From: an uncultured virus (IMG/VR IMGVR_UViG_3300010158_000034)
Lineage: Duplodnaviria; Heunggongvirae; Uroviricota; Caudoviricetes
Reading direction: 5' to 3' (one strand)
IMG/VR virus record: IMGVR_UViG_3300010158_000034
DNA: 64,000 bases
Positions 36,391 to 44,929 of the stretch are shown here, piece after piece. The notes under the pieces were generated by a model. It was not told where the DNA came from, searched no databases, and saw only the letters and a list, made by a program, of their open reading frames with translations. The position numbers were made by a program, and so were the translations under genes. The number at the start of each line of letters is the position of its first letter. Position 1 is the first letter of the stretch.

Positions 36391-37738
36391 ACCATTCTGC
36401 TAGGTTGGGAAATGTTGTTGTAAAGTTTTTGCCTCTGCGTTGGTCGTATTGTGTATAAAATTTCTTAAAGTCCTGTTGTAATACGCTTTGTTCTGCTGCA
36501 CCCACATGCGGAGTTTTGACTACATCTAAATAGTCTATCAAGCGTTGTACTTGATTGGTTTCAAATTGATGTAATAACTGATTGTTTTTATTTGTGTTGA
36601 ACCATGCTTGTAATTTAAGTTTATAGCCGTTGCGTATGTCATCTGGCAACACTAAAGGACTTTGAAAACTTGGAAAGCGTAATATATTTAGTGAGAATGT
36701 AGGGAAGTCTCGGCCACATAGGTCTTTCCACTCCAGGCATTGATCCAAAAAATCAGTTAAACTATCCAAGCATAATGCGTTGATGGTACACATAATGTGA
36801 AATCCTTCTAGGTCAGCATCACGCAACACCTGTTCCACATTGGCAGTCCATGTATCCCATACCAGCCCATCACGAATGTATTCGCTTTGTACACCTGTTG
36901 CTTCGTTACTGGTGTACAGGTGAAAATGCTTGATGCTGTGGGCGGCCGCAACAAGTCGATCAATCAATTCTGGTTTGGCGCCAAGATTGCTGTTGATGGC
37001 AAACCGCATGTCAGGGTTGACTCGACTGTTGTTGTTCTTGAACCATTCCAATAATCTCCAGGTGTCGCCCGACATCAGTGGCTCTCCACCAGTTAATCGA
37101 AGCTCCTGAAGTGTGCGATGGAGATCTGACTCCCACCATGCAAAGAACGCTTCAACGTAAGGATTACTTTCACCAAAGCGATAAAGCTGACTACTTGCAT
37201 GATTATGAGTGTAATGATTCCTACCGTCTGAAGTGAGGCCGGTATAAGCACCCATGGTGTCAATATCTTTAACCCAAGTGCTGCTGAAAGCAGGGTTACA
37301 GTAACTACACCCAAAATTGCATGTGCGATCAAAAGCAATTTCAAGCGTTTGTAAATCCACATCTGTGCTGGCTGGCCTAGCGAATGCATTTCTCAAATCC
37401 TCATCTGAATATATAACTGTTTTGTAAACTCTATCACTTATGTTGTCTCGCCCGATGTCTTCAATCTTCCAACAGTACTCACAACCTGCGGGACGTTCTC
37501 CGCGTTGCATCTGTTCGCGTTCCATTTTTTTCCGTTGTGTGTTGTGTATGGCCTTGGGATTGGTTCGAATCTCGTCGATATCTATGGCATGTGGTAATGG
37601 ATGATGACAACTGGTGGTTTGACCTGATCCCAACCATATGGTGGCGTTGTACCATTTGGCCGCACAAAAGCTTTCGCTCTTGATGTCAATTACTCTTTTT
37701 TTGTATTCTAAGTCGGTCTCATTGTCAATTCTTGGCAT
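36377..37738 (-). CDS. radical SAM protein with N-terminal Cys/His-rich domain
   Basis: CAAKW...SCHHP...CEYCW; CNFGCSYC; TGGEPL; likely start MPRIDN at 37738. Confidence 0.88.
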   Translation of the reverse strand: MPRIDNETDLEYKKRVIDIKSESFCAAKWYNATIWLGSGQTTSCHHPLPHAIDIDEIRTNPKAIHNTQRKKMEREQMQRGERPAGCEYCWKIEDIGRDNISDRVYKTVIYSDEDLRNAFARPASTDVDLQTLEIAFDRTCNFGCSYCNPAFSSTWVKDIDTMGAYTGLTSDGRNHYTHNHASSQLYRFGESNPYVEAFFAWWESDLHRTLQELRLTGGEPLMSGDTWRLLEWFKNNNSRVNPDMRFAINSNLGAKPELIDRLVAAAHSIKHFHLYTSNEATGVQSEYIRDGLVWDTWTANVEQVLRDADLEGFHIMCTINALCLDSLTDFLDQCLEWKDLCGRDFPTFSLNILRFPSFQSPLVLPDDIRNGYKLKLQAWFNTNKNNQLLHQFETNQVQRLIDYLDVVKTPHVGAAEQSVLQQDFKKFYTQYDQRRGKNFTTTFPNLAEWYDSF

Positions 37739-39110
37739 GGTATTCACATTCTTTCCAAAATTCACGCATTTCGGGAAAAGTAGTTAAAAAATCTGTTTGA
37801 CGCCTTTTGTCGTGTTCATTGAAGAACCGATAAAAGTCTGCACGTTGTAGTTTAACATAGTCGGGGTCTAACTTGCAACCTTCCTGCATCCATGCTATGT
37901 CTCTGCGTAGGCGTTGTACTTCGTAGTCTTTAAAACCTTGGAATGGATCTTCCTCTGTTTCCAAGTTCAGTTCCATCCAGTCGGACACACGTTCCAACAC
38001 ACCTGTGTATACAGGTGGCAGTATCTGTAGGCTTTGCCAGGTGGGTGTGCGTAGCAAGGGAGTATCAAACCAAACACGTTGATATGTGGTGCTGTGACGT
38101 TTTCTTAAATCCAGTATCCATTGCAATTGACGTTGTAGGCCCAGCACACTTAAATTATTCATGGTGATAATGAATGTCAGACTGTTACGGTGGGGCACTT
38201 CTGTCAAATATCTGTTGACATATTCATGTAATCTATTCATGTTGAGACCATGCCTGATATATTCTGCATGTTTGATGTTGCCAGAATCCAAGCTGACATA
38301 CTGCATGAAATGTTCTATCTGTATTGCACATAACTGTTTTACATAGTCCAAATATCGTTCAAACAACGCCTGGTCCACGCTGAAGTTGCTGGTGACATTT
38401 AAATGTAGATCTGGTTTTGGCATGGCCAACACATAATCAAATACCCGATAAGTGTTGCGGTCCATCAATGGTTCACCACCGGTCATTCTAAAGTGTCGCA
38501 GTTTGGGGTACAGTTCTGGCCACCATGACCAAAATGCCTCTACGTAAGGATTTTCATGACTGGCCGGGATTGGCCTATTACGACCAGTAAAATGACTAGG
38601 GTCGTTATGAATTGTTGTAGTTGGGTACCCTCCCCATCGATCCACTTCCGCTTGCCATGTTGAACTAAACTGCGGACTACAATAACTGCAAGCAAGGTTA
38701 CAAGCATGATTAAAATTAACTTCCACATAACTGGGTACAACATCTTCATCTCCTCGAGAGTTTTTGATTGCTTCGTAGTGTTCTGCGGCCCACGGTTCTC
38801 CTGACCTATAATGTCTGTCGCTTAATTGATCATGTCGTTCTATGTTCCAACAGTAACTACACTCTGCAGGTTGTTCATTTTTCAACATGATGATGCGTTG
38901 CTGTTTCTTGTGTTCGGTGTTGTGTAATGCACTGGGATTGAGTTTTACAGCATCAGCATCTATGGCATGCAATGGTGGATGGTAACACGAATTATTGAGA
39001 CCGGTGGGAAGATGTAGGCTCACTTGTTGCCATTTGGCCAAGCAGAGTGAGTTGCCAAGTTTTGCTTGCATCTCTTCGGCTGCTGACATGAATACGCTTT
39101 TATCCAACAT
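37725..39110 (-). CDS. radical SAM protein with N-terminal Cys/His-rich domain
   Basis: CLAKW...SCYHP...CSYCW; CNLACSYC; TGGEPL. Confidence 0.88.
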   Translation of the reverse strand: MLDKSVFMSAAEEMQAKLGNSLCLAKWQQVSLHLPTGLNNSCYHPPLHAIDADAVKLNPSALHNTEHKKQQRIIMLKNEQPAECSYCWNIERHDQLSDRHYRSGEPWAAEHYEAIKNSRGDEDVVPSYVEVNFNHACNLACSYCSPQFSSTWQAEVDRWGGYPTTTIHNDPSHFTGRNRPIPASHENPYVEAFWSWWPELYPKLRHFRMTGGEPLMDRNTYRVFDYVLAMPKPDLHLNVTSNFSVDQALFERYLDYVKQLCAIQIEHFMQYVSLDSGNIKHAEYIRHGLNMNRLHEYVNRYLTEVPHRNSLTFIITMNNLSVLGLQRQLQWILDLRKRHSTTYQRVWFDTPLLRTPTWQSLQILPPVYTGVLERVSDWMELNLETEEDPFQGFKDYEVQRLRRDIAWMQEGCKLDPDYVKLQRADFYRFFNEHDKRRQTDFLTTFPEMREFWKECEYHAKN

Positions 39111-40047
39111 AGGTCAATTTAGTTAGAAATTTTTTATTGATTAGCAAATTATAATTGTGTTCCAATATTTCTTGCATGTCTGCGTACATGGAACTTATTT
39201 CTTGCTGTGATTTAGATGCTATATTATCTATCGATTCTAATATCATTTTGTATTTTTGTTTTGGTTCATATCCATCGTAATCTTCGCTCCAATAGTCATT
39301 AAATGTTTTAAATCCCATTTGCCGTAGATGTATTAGAAAGCACTTTGGGCCCATTATAATAAATGGTTTTTTAAGCAATATTGGTCTTACTGTTTTTTCA
39401 GTAGCAAAAAAAGTTTTACCACTGGTGAATGTTTCTGCTACAATATCAATTAAAAACTCAGTGTATAATTTGCACAATTGGTCGGTGTGTTGCGTTGTTG
39501 TGGCTCCAACAGTATAGTCGTCAAATTCTTTCAGCAGTGCGGGAAATTTTTTATATGTTTGTATAAAGTTCTCAACCGATGCAGGATCTGTTTCAAACAA
39601 GGACTGTAGTTCAAAAAGTGTTCGACTGTCCTCATCATGTGGGTTGGCTCGAAAATTTACCATGCTGACTGTCCTGTGATTTGCATACAAGTGACTTGCA
39701 ATACCAATTCGATGCCATATTGGTCGATTGTACAGAGCTCCAAACAGCTTAGAGTTATTCCATACATGATACTCTTTGTATTCTTTTTCAATCTGAAAAA
39801 ATTTAAAGTAAGATTGAGCATTAACTATGTTATAGGTGTTATGAGATTCAAAAATGTTATTAGATAATATAGTCACTGATTTAAATTTAAATAAATCTAA
39901 AATTTTGTATACACCAATAGCATTGAGGCAACATCCTTCGCTATTAACTGACAACAGTATATCTTTCTCTTGATTGTTCACCAAGAACGACATTAACTCC
40001 GATTGATTCCATATAAAATTATCAGCTGGTATTATAACAAATTTCAT
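39100..40047 (-). CDS. GT-B/GT10-like protein ('TEK' family)
   Basis: IVAET...ATEKTVRPILLKKPFIIMG...LRQMGFKTF..YWSEDYD...ILEHNYN. Confidence 0.6.
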   Translation of the reverse strand: MKFVIIPADNFIWNQSELMSFLVNNQEKDILLSVNSEGCCLNAIGVYKILDLFKFKSVTILSNNIFESHNTYNIVNAQSYFKFFQIEKEYKEYHVWNNSKLFGALYNRPIWHRIGIASHLYANHRTVSMVNFRANPHDEDSRTLFELQSLFETDPASVENFIQTYKKFPALLKEFDDYTVGATTTQHTDQLCKLYTEFLIDIVAETFTSGKTFFATEKTVRPILLKKPFIIMGPKCFLIHLRQMGFKTFNDYWSEDYDGYEPKQKYKMILESIDNIASKSQQEISSMYADMQEILEHNYNLLINKKFLTKLTYVG

Positions 40048-40763
40048 TCGCGTATCATCAGTCCTTGGATTTTTTCTATCAATAAGTTTGCGTATATTTC
40101 ATATGCTTCTGGGCTAGGGTGGGACTGATCGGTGACATCCCACATGTTGTTGTTTTCTGCAATATCAAGTAAAAATTGATCGACATACATATGGTTCATG
40201 TCAAGTTGATTAAACAAATGCCTATGTCTGTCAAATGTTTTAAATTTTCTACCAAAACAAAACAAATAAGGAATTGAGTTTGCTTTTAAATAACTTTGTA
40301 GGGAGATCATTTTTATTAATAAATGATATGTTTGCTCTGATGACCCAATATATTGATAATAATTTTCAAATACCTTGACTATATTTGGATCTCTGTCTTG
40401 ATTAACAGCATATCCGCAACCAAAGATCCAATCTTTTTCTACATAATCTTGATCATTAATCGGATAAATTATTTTACCAGGCCAGTCATTCTGTTTGTAT
40501 TGATAATTTGATGTAAATATTGTATTATTAAATAATTCAATATTTTGCACTTTATAATCAATACGTATAAAAGGTACCCACTGTACAATAACTAAATCGT
40601 ATGTTCTTTGTGCTAACTCTGATATTGTTGTTTCGTGTAGATAAGTATTACCGGCACCAGCTTGTGATAGGTTTACAATATTACTATTAAATTTTTTTTG
40701 TATGGCGTACGGCCAGCTAGTGGGTCCACGACTAATCGAACCTCCATTAATAAGTAAATTCAT
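40044..40763 (-). CDS. SGNH-like hydrolase/acyltransferase
   Basis: NGGSIS, NLSQAGAGN, VQW..R and QSHPS. Confidence 0.65.
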   Translation of the reverse strand: MNLLINGGSISRGPTSWPYAIQKKFNSNIVNLSQAGAGNTYLHETTISELAQRTYDLVIVQWVPFIRIDYKVQNIELFNNTIFTSNYQYKQNDWPGKIIYPINDQDYVEKDWIFGCGYAVNQDRDPNIVKVFENYYQYIGSSEQTYHLLIKMISLQSYLKANSIPYLFCFGRKFKTFDRHRHLFNQLDMNHMYVDQFLLDIAENNNMWDVTDQSHPSPEAYEIYANLLIEKIQGLMIRE

Positions 40764-40813
40764 TTATGTAAATCCTTTAATTAAACCACCACCGGCTCTA
40801 TTTGTTAAATTTA

Positions 40814-41710
40814 TCATTCTCTTGCCATGGGACCAGTATTTCTAAACTGCGATTTGTAATGATGTTTGAAGAATCTACTGGCATCAGCCGACATGTCTAC
40901 AATAGGCAATCCCAAGCGTGTGCGTAAGGTTTCTCCCACACTGGCACATTGATCTGGGCCGTCTTGTTTAAAACTTTGCCATAATCTTGCCAATACATCA
41001 AAGTCTTGTACATCTCGATAGTTCCACTTTTCTATCATGGTCATGTATGTGCCAAGTCTTGCTCCGTATATTGCCCATGATCCGTTTTCGACATCGGCGC
41101 CCACAGTTTGCCAAATGCATAAATGATCATAGTTGCGATTGTGTACACGTCTTTCAAATTCGGGCATGTTGGGCCTTGCGCCACGATCCAAACACATCTT
41201 GACACCTTCGCGGAATCCAGCTCGCCATGCCTGTTCAGGTGTGGCATTGGGATAGGTAGTCGAATAACAATCGTGCATGGCCCAGTAATTAGGATAAAAA
41301 CAAAACTCTACATCATTCTCTGCAGAACCATCCGTGGCTTCGTGGGTACGCATGTTGTATATAAATTCTCGAGTCCAACAGCTGACACCACCGTTGCCAT
41401 ACATCAATCCATTTATGTGATTTTTAGCCCGCCATCTAAATACACAGTCACGATTGGTATCGTCTAGCTCTAGTTGTAGATTAAAAAATTCAGGGTCAGG
41501 AATGTTGTCACCATCAATTAATACAAAGCGATCAGTGTCACTGGCCGCTGCCGCTGCCTTGTGTGCAGCATCCGATCCTTTGACTCCATCTACTCGCTTG
41601 GCCCAAGGCACCATGTTTTGTACTCTAATCCAATTGATTTCTCGATTGGGTTCATTGTAGGTTAAAAAGATGCAATCTAAATCTGCAACGTCAATGATTT
41701 CTGTGGTCAT
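40814..41710 (-). CDS. GT-A-fold glycosyltransferase-like protein
   Basis: DCIFLTYNEP, GVKGSDAAHKAAA, LIDGDN (DxD), NGLMYGNGG and WRAGFREGVKM. Confidence 0.65.
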   Translation of the reverse strand: MTTEIIDVADLDCIFLTYNEPNREINWIRVQNMVPWAKRVDGVKGSDAAHKAAAAASDTDRFVLIDGDNIPDPEFFNLQLELDDTNRDCVFRWRAKNHINGLMYGNGGVSCWTREFIYNMRTHEATDGSAENDVEFCFYPNYWAMHDCYSTTYPNATPEQAWRAGFREGVKMCLDRGARPNMPEFERRVHNRNYDHLCIWQTVGADVENGSWAIYGARLGTYMTMIEKWNYRDVQDFDVLARLWQSFKQDGPDQCASVGETLRTRLGLPIVDMSADASRFFKHHYKSQFRNTGPMARE

Positions 41711-42050
41711 AATATTCTGTTTCCGAGTATGATTCGCCAGTCTCTATAATTAATCCAGCGTGATTTTTTACTGTTCGGTAGCCTGTATTGGATTTAGTTA
41801 ATTTTACACTATAAATGCTGGCTTGGTCAATCTTTATTAATTGTCCTTTAACTATGCGATAATCAAAGTATCGTTCATATTTGTCTTTTGATACCACAAC
41901 ATAGTGGTTTGATTCAGGGTGGTCTGCCATACTACACATAACAATCTCGCCCAATTCATTGTAGTGCAATCTATATTCTATTTCAACTTTAGGAATGGGG
42001 ATGATCAGGCTTTCAACTTGTGCCCAAAAATCACGTTCGTCTTGATTCAT
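41691..42050 (-). CDS. hypothetical protein
   Basis: Overlaps both neighbours. Confidence 0.6.
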   Translation of the reverse strand: MNQDERDFWAQVESLIIPIPKVEIEYRLHYNELGEIVMCSMADHPESNHYVVVSKDKYERYFDYRIVKGQLIKIDQASIYSVKLTKSNTGYRTVKNHAGLIIETGESYSETEYYDHRNH

Positions 42051-42876
42051 AATATTCCGTTAACTCTTGGGTGGCATAGGTTTTGTCATGGTAGTGTACT
42101 GGATGATATTGATTCAAGTTGTTGATACGTACAACATTGCCATCACGTTCATGCACCACTGTGTCCAACCAACTCTGTGTGTCGCTCCAGCCGTTGAAGC
42201 CTGACTTCATGTGTACAAAATTTATAAAGTCCATACTGGGCATAGTAACTGCATCTGTGCCCACTGTCAATGCGGCAATGGCATATATCACATCTGTGCT
42301 GGGAGTTTCTTCTGCACAGTTCTTCAATTGCTCTTGATACAGATCCCAACACTGTGAAATCAAACCAGCTGTGTTGAAAAAATCCGCTGCCTGTCTTGAA
42401 TATCTAAAATACATCAAACCGTTGTACACATCGGGTAAATTATTTTCATCAAACAACTGTCGGTATTTTCTTACACCGGATAGTATGCCGCGATAATTTT
42501 TAGCACCAGTGCTGAGACAAACATCGCGTAATCTAAATGCTGTCCACCAGTGATCTATGCTTCGCGTAAACAACAGATCGCTTTCCAACTTGACAGTTTC
42601 TTTAAACGGAGTAAGAGCAAACACTTGATACTCGTTGGCAAATCTAGCAGTGGTGGTGTTGTGATCCACAGGTAAATCAATGATGTAATCAAACGTTTTG
42701 GTATGGCGATCTTCTACCAGAGCACGAGTTTCAGCGTCCACTATGACAGCATAACTGTTGTTCTTTTGCGTGGCTTTGACATTCAAGCACTGCAAGTAAG
42801 CCAGTTCTAGGTAATTCACTTCTTCAGTATTTTGTGCAAAGGTAACGAACCCTTGCGGTTCTTTATGCTGACTCAA
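42031..42876 (-). CDS. GT-A (GT8-like) glycosyltransferase-like protein
   Basis: FAQN...Y, FDYII, LTPFKETVKLESD, VYNGLMYF and FVHMK. Confidence 0.6.
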   Translation of the reverse strand: MSQHKEPQGFVTFAQNTEEVNYLELAYLQCLNVKATQKNNSYAVIVDAETRALVEDRHTKTFDYIIDLPVDHNTTTARFANEYQVFALTPFKETVKLESDLLFTRSIDHWWTAFRLRDVCLSTGAKNYRGILSGVRKYRQLFDENNLPDVYNGLMYFRYSRQAADFFNTAGLISQCWDLYQEQLKNCAEETPSTDVIYAIAALTVGTDAVTMPSMDFINFVHMKSGFNGWSDTQSWLDTVVHERDGNVVRINNLNQYHPVHYHDKTYATQELTEYYESRRT

Positions 42877-43687
42877 TTATTGCCTCTACCAGTTGTTGAA
42901 AATTATCGCTTTGTAAATATTCTTTATCCATCACGTGTATGCATTGCCGGGGTACAACTATTGCCGTGGCCTGATGATAAATTCTAATTTGCGAATTTAT
43001 CATTGCCATCCGTTCTATCTTTTGATCAACAGTAAACATGCTCCAGGGTATGCCTTGCGATGCATTCACTGTGTACCCGTTCAATATTATATTGGCTATG
43101 GCAAAAGCATAATCATTTCTGTAACTTGTTTCGTGTATACTGTACAAACTTTTATAGTAGGAATAGTTTCTTTGCACACGACCAATTAAATCGAAAAACA
43201 ATCGAGCACGTTCACTGCGTCTAAATAACGCCACAGTGGCCCAAACAAATGGCAAGGAATTCACTCCCATGGTGCTAGTGTCTATACCCTTTGCTGTTCG
43301 ATTATCATGCATCAATTTGTAATCAAACTCCGTGGCCCACAGTTTCAATATGCTGTGGTCCAGTACTAGATAATCTGTATCCAGCAATACTGTTTCATCA
43401 TAGGGCGATAGTTGGTATGCCAGGTATCTACCAAAGTTACGCCATTCCACTGGTTGATTGTTTAAGTCGTTGCGAACATTGCCACCGATGGTGTCGACTC
43501 TTATGATTTCATCGTATGCAAATTTGGGTTCAGCGGCGTGGTCAGTGATCAATGTGATGGGTAATTGTAAATGATGTGCAGTTAATCTACTAGTTTGATC
43601 TGCTATGGCAACATAATCAACTGTAGCTGTGTTAAATGCAAATACTACAACACCCTTAGATTTTTCTAAGTTGTTTAATTTCTGCAT
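42863..43687 (-). CDS. GT-A (GT8-like) glycosyltransferase-like protein, paralogue of 42031-42876
   Basis: FAFN...Y, LSPYDETVLLDTDY (DxD), RNDYAF and HVMDK. Confidence 0.62.
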   Translation of the reverse strand: MQKLNNLEKSKGVVVFAFNTATVDYVAIADQTSRLTAHHLQLPITLITDHAAEPKFAYDEIIRVDTIGGNVRNDLNNQPVEWRNFGRYLAYQLSPYDETVLLDTDYLVLDHSILKLWATEFDYKLMHDNRTAKGIDTSTMGVNSLPFVWATVALFRRSERARLFFDLIGRVQRNYSYYKSLYSIHETSYRNDYAFAIANIILNGYTVNASQGIPWSMFTVDQKIERMAMINSQIRIYHQATAIVVPRQCIHVMDKEYLQSDNFQQLVEAIIESA

Positions 43688-43970
43688 GTTGTTGGTGCCA
43701 GGTATTCATTGCTTGTTGATAGTGCTGTTCGCAAATAGTACGAAACTCATCGCGGTCAACTTCGATTGGATTATGATATGTATCTTCTATGTACAAGGTA
43801 TCAGCACGATAAGTGGCAACAAATGCCAACAGTTCTTGTGTAACTTTAAATAATCCACCGTTGTATGCCACGTGCAAATCTGTTTGGATTTTTTCTCTCA
43901 GTATTGTTTTGTTAACGTGATAATCGGTGGCTCTGCGTATTTCGGCAGTGAGTTTTTCTAGTTCAGTCAT
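43656..43970 (-). CDS. hypothetical protein
   Basis: YNGGLFKVT.EL..F...D.Y.NPI motif; first gene after the 43977-44005 promoter. Confidence 0.65.
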   Translation of the reverse strand: MTELEKLTAEIRRATDYHVNKTILREKIQTDLHVAYNGGLFKVTQELLAFVATYRADTLYIEDTYHNPIEVDRDEFRTICEQHYQQAMNTWHQQHAEIKQLRKI

Positions 43971-43976
43971 ATTGCT

Positions 43977-44005
43977 ATTGTAACATTAAAAGCCAATCCA
44001 ATCAA
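43977..44005 (-). promoter_or_regulatory. sigma70-type promoter heading the tailoring operon (leaderless)
   Basis: On the minus strand: TTGATT, 17-nt spacer with TG extension, TACAAT, 6 nt, then ATG. Confidence 0.55.
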
Positions 44006-44023
44006 CACTATTGGTTGATTGAA

Positions 44024-44920
44024 TTAGGATATGGTGGGAGTGCCCCACACATTGGATAAATATGTGGATTCTGGGGGTGTGATGTCTACTCTACTGGTTA
44101 TATTGAGACTTATTGTGTCGTCCCAAGTGTGGTCCGCTACTAAGTAACTAATATAAAAATAAACCTGGCTACCATTGGCTCCAGAGGTTGTATCGATGGT
44201 AGGAGTGTACAAGCCAATTGATGCAGCATCGGCAGTGTAGGCTGCTGTTGTGTCAGTTACAGATATAATATTTGTATTAGAAGTTCCTTGATTTCTGTAT
44301 CCAAATGCAGTGTTATTGGTATTTAATGTAATACCCGAACCTGAACGTCCAGTATTGGTTGTGTTTCTCACTGTGACTCCGCCCAGTCCTGTGATTAATC
44401 TTGCCAGGCTTGAACTGGAACCTGATCCATTGCTGCTGTTGGTGCCCAGAACCAAAGTCAGCTGTCCGCCGGCATTGAAAAAGTATCTAGCAGCTTGAAC
44501 ACTGGAAAAAGTTACACCTCGACTAAAACCAGTATTAACACCTGTGGTACTTGAAACACCTAGAGTAAATGTTGATCCAGTCACTGTGGTTCCCTGTGTG
44601 GCATACAAAGCAGCATTGGTGTAAGTGGTGTTGATTTGAGTTGCCAAGGTACTCAGATAGTTGATGGTAGAGCCAGCAGTGGTGGCACTAATGCCCGATC
44701 CAACTCCACTTTGATGATTTCTCACGTTGTTTAATGTGTTGATCATCGTAGCCCACTGAGTAGCTGTCACTGTTCCGCTTTGACTAACAGTGGATAATGC
44801 AGTTTGACCATAGCCAACGGCTCCTGATCCTGTGCTCCAAACAGTGTTTAATTGGTTTGAGCCATTTAAAAAGTTATTATAATCCGAGGCTTCAATCAAG
44901 CCACCTTGTGCATACGACAT
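44024..44920 (-). CDS. virion tail/baseplate-associated structural protein
   Basis: S/T/G/N-rich; I.A.DYN, GYGQ, A.QW and ARYFFNAGG motifs; AAGGA RBS. Confidence 0.65.
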   Translation of the reverse strand: MSYAQGGLIEASDYNNFLNGSNQLNTVWSTGSGAVGYGQTALSTVSQSGTVTATQWATMINTLNNVRNHQSGVGSGISATTAGSTINYLSTLATQINTTYTNAALYATQGTTVTGSTFTLGVSSTTGVNTGFSRGVTFSSVQAARYFFNAGGQLTLVLGTNSSNGSGSSSSLARLITGLGGVTVRNTTNTGRSGSGITLNTNNTAFGYRNQGTSNTNIISVTDTTAAYTADAASIGLYTPTIDTTSGANGSQVYFYISYLVADHTWDDTISLNITSRVDITPPESTYLSNVWGTPTIS

Positions 44921-44929
44921 TTTTATTCC

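Noticed and set aside
28845..39110. Cluster as a classical RiPP pathway
   Set aside because: No RRE/PqqD domain, leader peptidase or exporter was recognised, and the neighbouring enzymes are sugar-related. Kept only as a minor alternative.
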